From Methanoregula sp. (GTDB lineage Archaea > Halobacteriota > Methanomicrobia > Methanomicrobiales > Methanospirillaceae): 64,000 bases of DNA. A model generated the notes under the pieces. The model saw only the letters and a list, made by a program, of their open reading frames with translations, did not search any database and was not told the origin of the DNA. The DNA lies in the NCBI GenBank assembly GCA_039698055.1, contig JBDKTL010000043.1, positions 1-64,000 on the forward strand, given 5' to 3'. The translations under genes and the position numbers were made by a program. Below, piece by piece: positions 1 through 10,618 of the stretch (positions within the stretch are counted from its first letter, which is position 1; every line of letters starts with the position of its first letter).

Positions 1-94
1 CAAGCCTCACATGAGTCTCAACTGGGATGAACCGTGTAACGTCTTCTGGTACAAATTGCCTCCGGAGAGGATTTTGGATTATGCGAAGAAATGG

Positions 95-1504
95 TTATAT
101 GTGTAAAATTAATTCGGGATTCCACAAATCCACGATATCATGCAAGTTAAAATATCGATGAGTAATGTAATTTCGAATGTCAGCCATCTTTTTAAATTTA
201 TTATCCGTAGAAGATCTTCCCTCTAAATCTCTTCGGATACTATCCATTGCAACAAGATGACGATTCCACGAATTTTTTTCCAAAAGATCAGTCTGAGTGA
301 AAATTGTGTCTCCCCAAAAATTTACTTTTGAATCATCTAAACCCAATTCCTCGTAATCATTTAATAGTAAAGCAATTTTGTCGTATATATTCATGATTAA
401 AACAAATGATTGTTTTAACGATTCAATATTGAACAGATAATTTAAACTGTAATCCGGTTCGTAGCGTTGTTTATCTAAAAAAATAAGGTCTTTATGCCTG
501 AAATGAGACAGTGCGAGAGTAACCCGAGCTGTCTTATAATCGTCTCTCAAAGCAAACCATTTCTTCATCAACTCATATGATCTTTTGTTGTCATGAATTG
601 ACGTAATAAACCTAAAATCGATTAAATCTAATGATTTACATGAGCACTCGTGACAATCAAAATGGACATTAAGAAAAAGGCCGTTGTCTTCACAAAACTT
701 CTGATAGAACTCTTGAAAACCTTCAGAGGATTCTTTATAATAATTAAACTTACTACCAAGAACTCCTTTTTTTCGGGGTATCAATTTTTTAAGGGTTCGT
801 TCAGGATTAAATTTGATTTTATTTGCTTCAAAAAAATCATCTGCTGTTTTTTTTAACGATGGATTTATCGGATTGTTTGGATTCAAAGAATATTCCATTT
901 TCAAAAAAGTCATCGCATGAAGCCATAACAATTTCTTATCTTGTTCGTTTGTTACGAACGTCGAAAGATGCCAAGAGCACGTTCCACGCGCTGCCCAAGC
1001 ATTATAATGGGTGGGATTTCTTACGATCGCATTATCGTAGCATTCGATTCCTTCTAAATACCGACCTAAATCATTAAAAGTATTTCCTAAATTTATCCAA
1101 ACCTCCGGTTGATTGTCATCTATCGATAAAGATTCTTCAAAAAGACCTTTAACTTTTTCTAGATGCTCTATTATTTCAGGGTTTAATTTCCCCTTATTCG
1201 TCATTAGATCAAAAAGTGTTAGTTTTTGGTATGCGTTTCCAAGATTGTATAGGTGATGGGTTTTATTTTTTGGATCTTTCTCAAGAACAAACTCTAAATG
1301 GTTAATGGCTTCAAAAATTTCATTTCTACAATGAATGTTCCCATCCCACCGATCAACGAGAATTATCGCCTTTAAAGATCTAGCCTGTATGGTATTTTTG
1401 TCTAATTTTGGAATTGTGTCAAAAACCTTAAGGGCTTCATCATATTGATAATTTTGATACAATTTGGATGCATTTGCAAGAATTATTTCAGTTTTTTTCA
1501 TCAT
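95..1504 (-). CDS. TPR-repeat protein with C-terminal HEPN domain (LA2681-like), putative defence RNase
   Basis: TPR helices (YNLGNAY, WINLGNTFNDLGRYLEGIECYDNAI); C-terminal RNYITH = Rx4H HEPN motif; AT-rich; C-terminus may be shortened. Confidence 0.7.
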   Translation of the reverse strand: MMKKTEIILANASKLYQNYQYDEALKVFDTIPKLDKNTIQARSLKAIILVDRWDGNIHCRNEIFEAINHLEFVLEKDPKNKTHHLYNLGNAYQKLTLFDLMTNKGKLNPEIIEHLEKVKGLFEESLSIDDNQPEVWINLGNTFNDLGRYLEGIECYDNAIVRNPTHYNAWAARGTCSWHLSTFVTNEQDKKLLWLHAMTFLKMEYSLNPNNPINPSLKKTADDFFEANKIKFNPERTLKKLIPRKKGVLGSKFNYYKESSEGFQEFYQKFCEDNGLFLNVHFDCHECSCKSLDLIDFRFITSIHDNKRSYELMKKWFALRDDYKTARVTLALSHFRHKDLIFLDKQRYEPDYSLNYLFNIESLKQSFVLIMNIYDKIALLLNDYEELGLDDSKVNFWGDTIFTQTDLLEKNSWNRHLVAMDSIRRDLEGRSSTDNKFKKMADIRNYITHRYFNLHDIVDLWNPELILHI

Positions 1505-1582
1505 TTTTCTTTCCGTAAAATCTTCTTTTCTTTGAAGCCTTTTGAACAGCCATAAATGATGCTCAACCGCATACCCTTAAGC

Positions 1583-2374
1583 CTACAAATGCCACCGGGT
1601 CCGGTACGCCAAGCAAACCTTCTCCAGCATCTTCTGGTATTCAGCATCGATATCGACACCGAGATTGTTTTCCCGGGCAAGAGATGGCGGGTTCACGTTG
1701 TCGATGAACACCGGGACGAAGAGAATATAGTCATACCCCTTGACATGGGTAAGCCCGATCTTCCGTGTGGGAAGCCCTTTGAATTTCTCCATCGTCTGCG
1801 CAGGATCGTTCGCCCGGTTTTCACTGATATCCTCTTCAAAATCTGTCCATAATGTCTGATCGCCGGAAGATAACCGGGGCACAACGGAGTCCTGGAACTC
1901 CCGGGGTTTCTTTTTGAAATGGGACTTGACGCCGTCGGGGATATTCAGTACCCGTTCGGCAATCCCGACCATGACAGTCGCTCCCATGATGATCTCGGAT
2001 TTTATCCCGTGAAGATCCTGCAATACTTCGTAGAGGTCGTCGAACCGTGCATCGCGGTTGCGGTGAGCGGTTATTACGGATTTATTCTCGATGCAGATCC
2101 TGACGTTCCGGAGATCGGGATTCCCGGCAACATCCGGTTCCCCGATGAGCAGATCCATCTTTCTCCCCCTTTGGGTGGGAGACTCGACATTCAGCCAGCT
2201 CTTTACGATGTGATTATCGATGTCCTGCTTCAGTTCCGGACATTTCAGCATAAGATCCCGGAAGATTCCCCGGCTGACGATATCCGAGTGCATCTGCTGG
2301 CGGTGATTATGGTAGTGTTCCATCACGATGTTGTCGATCACTTCGTCGAAAGGTGTTTTCATCATATCATCCAT
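1583..2374 (-). CDS. Putative type II restriction endonuclease (PD-(D/E)xK fold)
   Basis: MDLLIG...IENKS catalytic-like motif; overlaps the stop of the upstream methyltransferase. Confidence 0.65.
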   Translation of the reverse strand: MDDMMKTPFDEVIDNIVMEHYHNHRQQMHSDIVSRGIFRDLMLKCPELKQDIDNHIVKSWLNVESPTQRGRKMDLLIGEPDVAGNPDLRNVRICIENKSVITAHRNRDARFDDLYEVLQDLHGIKSEIIMGATVMVGIAERVLNIPDGVKSHFKKKPREFQDSVVPRLSSGDQTLWTDFEEDISENRANDPAQTMEKFKGLPTRKIGLTHVKGYDYILFVPVFIDNVNPPSLARENNLGVDIDAEYQKMLEKVCLAYRTRWHL

Positions 2375-3782
2375 TTACGGCAATTTCTGGAGAATCTTCA
2401 GAACCGTGAAGAAGGCTGGCTTTCTGCCCCGAGAGCCATCCAGGTTCCAGAATGCCAAGTGGAACAGGTACCTGTTTCAGTATCGTACTCTGTAACCGGA
2501 GAAATCCGTTCGCTGCCCGCTGGCAGTTCGACTCCAGCCACGACCGGACCTCACGGGAATTGAGATAATCGTTGAGCACTTCGATATGGTCGGGATTCTT
2601 TGGGATGATGTAATATACCGAATGGCCCGGGACAATTCCACCCGAATCGTCAATCCTGAAGAAGGGCATTTCCGTGATATCCTTGCAGAGAATTTTCCGT
2701 TGCAGTATCTGGTTAAGCGGCGGATTTTCATGGAATGCGTACCAGGGTTTTTTTGCCGTACAAGTCCGTTTCAGCAGTATGCTGTGATTTTGGGGGATCA
2801 GTAAAAAGTTTTTCAGTGCACCAAGCTGGCTTTCCGGAATTAATTTTCCATTTAGATCATACGGAGTGAGCATTTGAAGATCCGACTGGACATCACGCGA
2901 ATTCGATGACAGATCTCTTCCGGCTATTGTGGGGAAAGCAAACATTTTCAAATCTGTGGGGATCACCTGTTTTTTGTGGACAAAGACTGCATCCGCTCCG
3001 GTTGCGACCCCACAACTGATCCGGAGACATACCTCGCCGAGCGTACAGTACCCTGCTTTTTTTTCTGTTTTCCCGTAGAGGGAAGGAAATGCAGATGTAC
3101 CATCCTTTGGCAGGTCGACAGATTTTATATGACCATCACGGAATACTATCATAGTCGGCCTATCTGATTTCTGGGGAGTTATCGTGGTAATGGCAGGGTA
3201 CGTAACCAAGCTCCCGAATGATTGCTCATGGATCAGATCGATCTCATCGATGTAATATCCCGACAGGATGATCCTGAGCTGGGACGCACTTTTTACGGAG
3301 AGATATTTTTCTGGTGTTATGAAGACGAGTCTCCCCTCTTTTTCCAGGCAATGGAGCGCCTGTTCGAAGAAGAGGAAATAAAGATCGAATCTTCCCGTTG
3401 CCGAGCGAAATCGCATCCGGTATTCCCTCTTTTCGTGCTCGGATAACCCGTTAATGGGAACGTACGGTGGATTCGCGATGATAAAATCAAATTTCCGGTC
3501 AGGAACTCGCAGGAGAAAATCCTCGTGCCTGATTTGTATTGAAGGATATCCTGAATATTTTTCACACGCTATTGCGAGGTGGCTAGAATCGGAATCGATA
3601 CCTGTAATGCAGGGGATTTCCCGGTTGTTTTGATCGCACCACCGTATTATCCCGTCGATAAATGCCCCCCGTCCGCAACCGGGATCAAGGAGTGTGTCCT
3701 CTGGTTCCGGTGGCACTTTTTCAAATAATTTTGCCACCATGAGATCGACGATAGATGGTGGCGTTGGGACAAACCCTTTCAT
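2367..3782 (-). CDS. N6-adenine DNA methyltransferase (gamma class, TaqI/Eco57I/PaeR7I-like)
   Basis: Motif I DPGCGRGAF, motif IV NPPY, DLYFLF, GVATGAD. Confidence 0.9.
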   Translation of the reverse strand: MKGFVPTPPSIVDLMVAKLFEKVPPEPEDTLLDPGCGRGAFIDGIIRWCDQNNREIPCITGIDSDSSHLAIACEKYSGYPSIQIRHEDFLLRVPDRKFDFIIANPPYVPINGLSEHEKREYRMRFRSATGRFDLYFLFFEQALHCLEKEGRLVFITPEKYLSVKSASQLRIILSGYYIDEIDLIHEQSFGSLVTYPAITTITPQKSDRPTMIVFRDGHIKSVDLPKDGTSAFPSLYGKTEKKAGYCTLGEVCLRISCGVATGADAVFVHKKQVIPTDLKMFAFPTIAGRDLSSNSRDVQSDLQMLTPYDLNGKLIPESQLGALKNFLLIPQNHSILLKRTCTAKKPWYAFHENPPLNQILQRKILCKDITEMPFFRIDDSGGIVPGHSVYYIIPKNPDHIEVLNDYLNSREVRSWLESNCQRAANGFLRLQSTILKQVPVPLGILEPGWLSGQKASLLHGSEDSPEIAVNG

Positions 3783-3934
3783 AAGAATTTCCTATCCATA
3801 TCTGAAGGATCGAGAGTATTAAGGATATCGGAGTGAACCGCGAAAGTAAACACGTATCACAATAAGTAAAACCCTCGACAAAGCAACCCGGCGACACCTA
3901 TAATGAGGGGGCATCTCACCATTCCCATGAGAGG

Positions 3935-4084
3935 TGATTTGGCCCTCATTTGACCGGTAGGTTGCCTTATCGTGCCCGGAAAAAACACTAAATAGCACTA
4001 TTACAGCAAAGAATAATCCGGAAAACGGCCTGTAGTGCCGTACGGGTTGCCGCAGGAAATCACCCGGTAAAAATCCGCGCAGAG
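3935..4084. repeat. Imperfect ~150-bp direct repeat, copy 1 (copy 2 at 5796-5948)
   Basis: Shared blocks CATTTGACCG, GTGCCCGGAAAAAA(A)CACTAA, AGAATAATCCGGAAAACGGCC, CAGGAAATCACCC. Confidence 0.8.
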
Positions 4085-4317
4085 ACGCGATTGGAGGGAC
4101 AATCTCGAAGATTGCGATAGATAGCCTTGCCGGGTTGGTACACTTTCATCGCCCGGTTTGGTGGGAGGTCCGGGGGATTATTCCCGACATTTTTACGAAT
4201 ATCCCTTGGACATCCCCCGGATTATGGGTGCAGTGACCCCACAATTCCCGGGACACACTATTTTCTCCATGGAGGCGGTTCTGCATATATGGGGCCAATA
4301 TACCCCCATGATCCAGA

Positions 4318-5442
4318 TTATTTTCCATCCCGCATCTCGCCCTTCTTCCCCCGTTCCGCAAGCCGCTCCCGCGCATTCGTCACCGCTGCCTTGAGTTTCT
4401 GCTCCAGAACTTCACGGGGCGGCAGTTCGGTAAGGTACTCGGCAACACGGATGCTGCTCGCCTCGAGTTCGAGGAGTTCGATATGCCCGACAGACGAACC
4501 CGCACAAAGAATCAGCCCAATCGGAGGCTCCTCTCCCGGCTGCCGATCGTACTTGTCCAGCCAGCGCAGGTACAGCTCCATCTGCCCCTTGTCAGCCGCT
4601 TTGAACTTCCCGAGCTTGAGGTCAATCGCGACAAGCCGGCGAAGTTTCCGGTGATAGAAGAGCAGGTCGATATAGTAGTCCTCGGCATCGACGGTAATCC
4701 GCTTTTGCCGGGCAATAAAAGAGAAGTCGGTACCAAGTTCGAGGATAAACAGTTCTAATTCACGAAGGATAGAATTCTCCAGATCCTTTTCGGAAAACGT
4801 ATCGGACAGGCCAAGGAATTCGAGGAAATATGGGCTCCTGAAGACGAGGTCCGGCGTCATCCGGTCTTCTTCGCGGAGCGCTGCGAGTTCCTTCCGGGCC
4901 AGCTCTTCCGGCTTCTTCGAGAGGGCGGTTCGTTCGAACAACATTCCCTGGATCTTTGCCTGCAGGGTCCGGACACTCCACCGTTCAAGCCGGCACATCT
5001 CCGTGTAAAATTCGCGGGCAAGCGAATCATCGACATAGATAAGATTCCTGAAATGTGTCCAGCTCAATTGTCCACTCAGTGAGTGGATTATTGTCCTGTC
5101 GGGAAATATTTCCGCAAACCGGACCATGTTGAACAGATTGGTACGCGTGAAACCAGGGCCATACTGCGTGACCAGTTCACCGGATAATGTATCGAGCACC
5201 TGTTTACCGTACGCTGCACGTTCATCCTTAAGAATCTCTTTTCGGATACGTTCGCCAATATCCCAATAGAGCAGGACCATCTCGGAATTTACACCGATTG
5301 CAACCCGGACCCGGGCTGATTCGATGAGTGCCTGGAGATCCCCCAGCAATGCGGGTGGGACTGGAGAAGATTTACGATCCAGGGTGTCCCGGGAGATTGC
5401 CTCGCTTGTCTTTTTCGTCAGATTCTTTCCAGCCTTCTTCAT
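4318..5442 (-). CDS. DUF1016/YhcG-family PD-(D/E)xK nuclease
   Basis: LSWTHF, WSVRTL, YYIDLLFYHRKLRRLVAIDLK, GQMELYL, PIGLILC; start uncertain (5442 or 5490). Confidence 0.9.
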   Translation of the reverse strand: MKKAGKNLTKKTSEAISRDTLDRKSSPVPPALLGDLQALIESARVRVAIGVNSEMVLLYWDIGERIRKEILKDERAAYGKQVLDTLSGELVTQYGPGFTRTNLFNMVRFAEIFPDRTIIHSLSGQLSWTHFRNLIYVDDSLAREFYTEMCRLERWSVRTLQAKIQGMLFERTALSKKPEELARKELAALREEDRMTPDLVFRSPYFLEFLGLSDTFSEKDLENSILRELELFILELGTDFSFIARQKRITVDAEDYYIDLLFYHRKLRRLVAIDLKLGKFKAADKGQMELYLRWLDKYDRQPGEEPPIGLILCAGSSVGHIELLELEASSIRVAEYLTELPPREVLEQKLKAAVTNARERLAERGKKGEMRDGK

Positions 5443-5795
5443 CAGATCATCTCTGTTTAGCATTCCCCTCGAATCCAGCATTGTTTGCATCGGAGCCAGA
5501 ATTGTCCACGCACTGTGTGGATTGTTGTCTTCTCCGGGAGCGGACGATGTTCCCCCGGTGCCGGATTATGCCCCGGTCCAGAACCAAACCACTCTTCTCC
5601 CGCCATGCGTACGAATTGCTGTGTTACTGGTCACATTCGACCGGGCATGAAATATAGTTAATGAAAAATCCGGGCAAAGGTATCACGCCCGGATAAACAC
5701 GCCGCAAACCCACCATTCTCCCCAGGCTAAACCCGCCAATCAGCCCGATCGGAACTATATCACCAAAAACCAACACTATTGTTTTACGATTCCTA

Positions 5796-5948
5796 TGATT
5801 TTGCCCCCATTTGACCGTTATATGGCCATATTGTGCCCGGAAAAAAACACTAATATAGCACCATTACAACAGAGAATAATCCGGAAAACGGCCCGTCCAT
5901 CGCATACAGGCTCCCACAGGAAATCACCCTGCAAAAAGACGCCCACAG
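5796..5948. repeat. Imperfect ~150-bp direct repeat, copy 2
   Basis: Aligns by eye with 3935-4084. Confidence 0.8.
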
Positions 5949-6232
5949 AAGCGTTCCGGCAGGCGATATTTCCTGGCATGATGACCAGATCGATCCGACC
6001 GGACTTTCGCCCTCCAAAAGCGTACATTAGCGTACAATTTCCCGCCCCAATCGTTGTCCGATTGACGTAAAACCAACGTTACACATGATTTTGAAAAGCC
6101 TGAGTAAAAATGCTTCCCATTTTGCACATAATTCCGGAAATGTGCCTCCTGAAAGGGCAATCCAGGGCCGTACATGGCCCGGATTGGCTCCACGAATCGT
6201 ACCTCTCACAATGGAGATAACCGGGGCGTACC

Positions 6233-7429
6233 CTACAGGCAGGAGAGAATCTTCTCCCTTTGCCATGCCGACCCGAGCACGACAGCGCCGCCATCGGGGG
6301 TTGGGGCAATCCGGATGACCCCGTGCCAGTCGGAAGGAACCGGTGTCTGCCACACAAACTGCCCGTCGTCCCTCATCCTCACGATAAGATGCGGGGTGCC
6401 ATAGCCGTAGGAGGACCCGGCATCCTTCACCCGGAAGCGGGTTGCAAGGTAATCCTGCCCGGAGGTCTTTACTACGGGCGGGGAAATATCCGGCATCCGC
6501 TGCTGCAGGACCGTGCCGTTGTCATCGAATGTGACGGAAAATGTTTCCAAGACATTCATTGGAGTTATGTCAGATTTCCGGGCCGATTCGTAAAAGACCT
6601 CAAACGTCCCCGGCCGGACCTCGGCCATCAGGACCGGCCGGTTGTCCCAGGACTGCCCGAGCGTTGCATTCCACACGACCCTCCCGCTACGGTCGAACCG
6701 GAAGTAATTGAGTTCCCGCACATCATCCGCGTACCCCTCGATAAGGCAGCCGCCATCGGACGCAGGAAGGAGCGGGTGCTCATGAAGAGCAATAAGAGGA
6801 AGGGCATCGCACCTCCAGCGTTCGTTGCCATCGGTATCAAGATTCATGAGCATGGAGTTTCTCCCGCTGAGATTTTCTGCCAGTACAAAGAACCCGCCAT
6901 TAGTAGTGGGTGCGAAATGCGAGGCATACCCATAGTCTGCAAACGGGATCTCGCGGCTGACGTTCCCGTCCGCATCCAGGACAAGAATTCTCCCGGGGAA
7001 GATCGTCCCGGCAAAGAACCCTCCGCCGGGGTTCGGGAAGAGGCCCGTGAATGTTCCTTTATATTCCGGGTATAACCGGTTCCATTCCACCGCCCCGCTG
7101 CTGTTGAGCCGGATGAGCCGGGCTGCCGGCAGATCAATTCGGAAATCGTTTCGTCCTGACAGGATATACCCGGCATCAGCCGTAGGGACAATCTCGTTCG
7201 CCGTGTCGTCCTCGCCGCTATCGATTCGGGTCTGCCACTGCACGTTCCCGTCGGGGCCAAGCTTCATGACCATGATATCTGCTGGCGGAAGCCCGCATTG
7301 TGCCGTACTAAAACCCATGGAAAAATATGCCCAGATCGCGACTATCGCAATGCCCAGGATTCCCCCCACAAGTATACCGAAAAACCATCTGTTCGGGATC
7401 TCTTTTTTCAGCAGGTCGCATAGATGCAT
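6233..7429 (-). CDS. Membrane-anchored extracellular beta-propeller-like protein
   Basis: N-terminal TM helix, repeated 'LD.DGN..W' and 'T.DGG' blades; start uncertain. Confidence 0.65.
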   Translation of the reverse strand: MHLCDLLKKEIPNRWFFGILVGGILGIAIVAIWAYFSMGFSTAQCGLPPADIMVMKLGPDGNVQWQTRIDSGEDDTANEIVPTADAGYILSGRNDFRIDLPAARLIRLNSSGAVEWNRLYPEYKGTFTGLFPNPGGGFFAGTIFPGRILVLDADGNVSREIPFADYGYASHFAPTTNGGFFVLAENLSGRNSMLMNLDTDGNERWRCDALPLIALHEHPLLPASDGGCLIEGYADDVRELNYFRFDRSGRVVWNATLGQSWDNRPVLMAEVRPGTFEVFYESARKSDITPMNVLETFSVTFDDNGTVLQQRMPDISPPVVKTSGQDYLATRFRVKDAGSSYGYGTPHLIVRMRDDGQFVWQTPVPSDWHGVIRIAPTPDGGAVVLGSAWQREKILSCL

Positions 7430-7909
7430 GATGTATCCTGATAACGAGGGGATGTCACAATACCGGATTTGCGATTGCAGTAATATTATCATTTGTATTT
7501 TTATCCGGGCGTCACGCACAACCACAGATCCCTGGCCGGGTAAATTTCAGTTACCAGACCGGCGATCTCTGCATCCGCTCATCCACAACGTAATCTCAGC
7601 AGAAAAACAGTACACATGAATGCCCGGCCCCTTAGGCTGTAACTCTCCCGGATGCTTGGGAGCCATGGAAAACAATCGTCGGGTTGAGAGAGAAAGGAAT
7701 ATACCATTTTTTACCGTAGATCATGAAGCGATATCCCGGATTGCAACAAAAAATATACCGGAGACAAAAGACAGGACTGCGGGGATTCTCAGGGAATATT
7801 CCCGATAAGATGTCAGCATTAAAACGACATCGGCCACCTCAACTTTACCGCAACAGATAAAAATAGTAATCACTTACACAGGTTTACCCACTAAAAAAGA
7901 GCGTATTTC

Positions 7910-8512
7910 ATGAATACCCACAGCTGGCTGAATCCCCATCTTGAGAGAAGAAATTCAGGTACGCATGGCTGGGGGATATTTGCCAACGCAGACATAAAAA
8001 AAGATGAGAGGCTGGCAATATTCGGGGGGAAGATCATGCTGATCGATGAGATGTATCAGATCCCTGTGGATATGCAGCGATATACCATGCAGATCGAAGA
8101 GCGGTTTGTCCTTGGTCCTGCCAGTGCAATCCCGGAAGATACGGACTTTTTCAATCACAGCTGCGACCCGAACAGTGGTTTTAAAGGCCAGGTTTTCCTG
8201 GTTGCCATGCGGGACATCAACGCCGGGGAGGAGATCACCTTTGATTATGGCGTGACCGTTTCAGAATCGATGGGAAGCACGATGATCTTTGAAATGGATT
8301 GTACGTGTGGGTCTCCCCGGTGCCGGAAAACAATAACGGAACAGGACTGGATGCTTCCTGAATTACAGGCACGGTACAGGGGCTATTTTTCTCAATACAT
8401 CCAGGACAAGATAGAGAGATCGAATCAAAACGGTTGCGGGGAACGGATAAATGCCGACGTTGGTATCCCGGATGAAGAGAAAAACCAGATTGATGTTACT
8501 GTGGTGACGTAA
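7910..8512 (+). CDS. SET-domain protein-lysine methyltransferase
   Basis: HGWGIFA, NHSCDPN, GEEITFDY, post-SET CTCGSPRCR. Confidence 0.9.
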   Translation: MNTHSWLNPHLERRNSGTHGWGIFANADIKKDERLAIFGGKIMLIDEMYQIPVDMQRYTMQIEERFVLGPASAIPEDTDFFNHSCDPNSGFKGQVFLVAMRDINAGEEITFDYGVTVSESMGSTMIFEMDCTCGSPRCRKTITEQDWMLPELQARYRGYFSQYIQDKIERSNQNGCGERINADVGIPDEEKNQIDVTVVT

Positions 8513-9097
8513 GTCCCCGCTGTGAGATTCGATAATACCAGGGGCCGGATTTTAAAAAATAGAGAGGTCTATTGGTTCCACTTTAATCTCTTGACCGGCA
8601 AGACCGCAAAGAGCCGGTTTTTTCGACCCCCATTCGGATATGGGTGAACTCACTAAAATCCTGAATAGCAGATCCCCCTCACCCACCAGCCACCCCCACC
8701 CCGTCCACCACAATTGTACCCATGTGACCCCCTCCACACCCTCAATCATAAAAAGCCCCCCAACGTAAGAAATTTTACCGTCATAAAATAGCGAACAATC
8801 CAGCATCATTTTGGCCTGAAAATACAAAGGTCATGAAGGGGGTCGCACAGGTACATTTCAAACAGCCACGACCCGGCGACCCTGCCAACAGGGGACATGG
8901 GGACACGATCATGCCTTATGATTTACGTCAGAAATTTTTTATTGTTGAGGGGCCTCACGCATCCACGTACGCGATCGGGCCTTATTACAAATGTACCTAT
9001 GCGACCCCCTCTTTGCCCCGCAATAAAAATCCGCACATGGACGCGATTGGCAGACCCGCAAATAACTCTTTATGGGGTACCTTCGCAACCTATATCC

Positions 9098-9238
9098 ATG
9101 GATAAACAACCCCAGACCCCGAGGGTAAAGCGCGATCGCCCGATCTGTGAACGGTGCCAGGACCCAAAAATCGTCCAGAAGCCCGATGGCAGCTACCGGT
9201 GCAGGCGATGCGGCTTTGACAGCGCCAAAGGAAAGTAA
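9098..9238 (+). CDS. Small basic zinc-ribbon protein (46 aa)
   Basis: MDKQPQ...CERC...YRCRRCGF; two CxxC pairs. Confidence 0.55.
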   Translation: MDKQPQTPRVKRDRPICERCQDPKIVQKPDGSYRCRRCGFDSAKGK

Positions 9239-9311
9239 GTAAGCGGCCCCAAAGGTGTGACGCCCGGATGGGCTGTTCCCCCCCCAGCCAGCATGGGCCT
9301 ATTTTAATAGA

Positions 9312-9983
9312 TTATTGATACTCCAGTGGATCGTTTACACCCGCGTCACGGAACGCTTCCAGCCGTTCATTACACGATCCGCATTTTCCGCATGATTTCT
9401 CTTCGCCTTTATAGCAGGACCAGGTCAGCGAATAATCCACGCCAAGAAAGAGCCCCCTTTTTACGATATCGCCCTTGGACTTGTAGAGATACGGCACTTC
9501 CAGGATCACATCGCTCCAATCGCAGAGATGAAAGGCCGTCGCCATTGCACTGACAAAGGCAGGCCGGCAATCCGGATAGATGGTGTGATCGCCCGCGTGT
9601 GCGCCGTAGAACAAACGGTGTGCCTGTATTCCGATGGCATATGCGGCAGCAATGCTGAGGAGCACCATGTTCCGGTTGGGAACCACGGTCTGTTTCATGG
9701 TTTCGTCGGCATAATTGCCGTCGGGGACTGCCCAGTCGGTGCGGGTCAACGAAGACGGTGCGATATCGTTTAAGAACCCGGTATCGATAATCTTGTGGGG
9801 AATGCCGAGGTTCCGGCAGATTTTTTGGGCACAGGCAATCTCCTTGTTGTGTTTTTGCCGGTAGTCAAACGTTACTGCATGGACGTCGTACCCCTGGTCG
9901 ATGATATCGTAGAGCAGGGTGGTGCTGTCCATCCCGCCGGAGAGGATGAGGACGGTCTTAGTTACGTGTGGATTGGTTGTCAT
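9312..9983 (-). CDS. queC: 7-cyano-7-deazaguanine synthase
   Basis: SGGMDS, VPNRN, YPDCRP, TWSCY...CGKCGSC. Confidence 0.95.
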   Translation of the reverse strand: MTTNPHVTKTVLILSGGMDSTTLLYDIIDQGYDVHAVTFDYRQKHNKEIACAQKICRNLGIPHKIIDTGFLNDIAPSSLTRTDWAVPDGNYADETMKQTVVPNRNMVLLSIAAAYAIGIQAHRLFYGAHAGDHTIYPDCRPAFVSAMATAFHLCDWSDVILEVPYLYKSKGDIVKRGLFLGVDYSLTWSCYKGEEKSCGKCGSCNERLEAFRDAGVNDPLEYQ

Positions 9984-10165
9984 CTGAGATATTTCAGGTT
10001 TTACGCGGGATAAGAGAATAAAGCTTGGTTTTTGGGGAGGACCCGGATGCGTGTGTTCCGCAGGATCGGCCGGGGAGGTTACATCTGAAAGGGGGTGATG
10101 CCTGGCCGGAACCCACCCGGATCCTGGTTCGGCAGCGAGCCAATGTCGATGCGATCACGATACTT

Positions 10166-10618
10166 TCAGTTATTTGCCGTATAGATCTCCCTTCTGCAGA
10201 ACAGGTAAAGTGCGAGCAGGAAAAACGATCCCACCATAACCGCAACCGCCCAGACAATCGGGCGCCAGGTAGCCACCTCGCCAAGCAGCGACACCTCCTT
10301 AAATTTCTGACCGGCATGGATATTCTCTGCATCGAAGTATACGAGAATTGCACTCAGGAGGCTGAAGGGTATGAGGAGGTTAATGTGAGCTGCTGAGTAA
10401 AGGCCCGCAAGGAAGAGTACGATTAACAGCAGGTTTGTCTGGTATTCCGGCCGGTGTTCTGCCGGTAACGGGTTATCCGCAGATCCTGCTGCGGGACCCC
10501 TGGGAGCAGGGGTTTTTGCCATGCCCTCGTATTCAGGGGCAGCAAACGTGTGGGTTTTCGGGTGAGAACCCTGCGGGCACCATCCCAACCATCCCCGGAT
10601 GACTTCAGTGATATGCAT
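10166..10618 (-). CDS. GWCP-leader (DUF1673-like) membrane protein
   Basis: MHITEVIRGWLGWCPQ, TM helices. Confidence 0.7.
   Translation of the reverse strand: MHITEVIRGWLGWCPQGSHPKTHTFAAPEYEGMAKTPAPRGPAAGSADNPLPAEHRPEYQTNLLLIVLFLAGLYSAAHINLLIPFSLLSAILVYFDAENIHAGQKFKEVSLLGEVATWRPIVWAVAVMVGSFFLLALYLFCRREIYTANN

Noticed and set aside
5457-5606. 49-aa minus-strand ORF ending CKQCWIRGEC upstream of DUF1016
   Set aside because: No recognisable family or supporting signals; may be a chance ORF
9312-9983. queC as part of a dpd (7-deazaguanine DNA modification) system with the DGQHR genes
   Set aside because: It is 45 kb away, has host-like GC, and no dpdA/TGT is present; archaea need QueC for archaeosine
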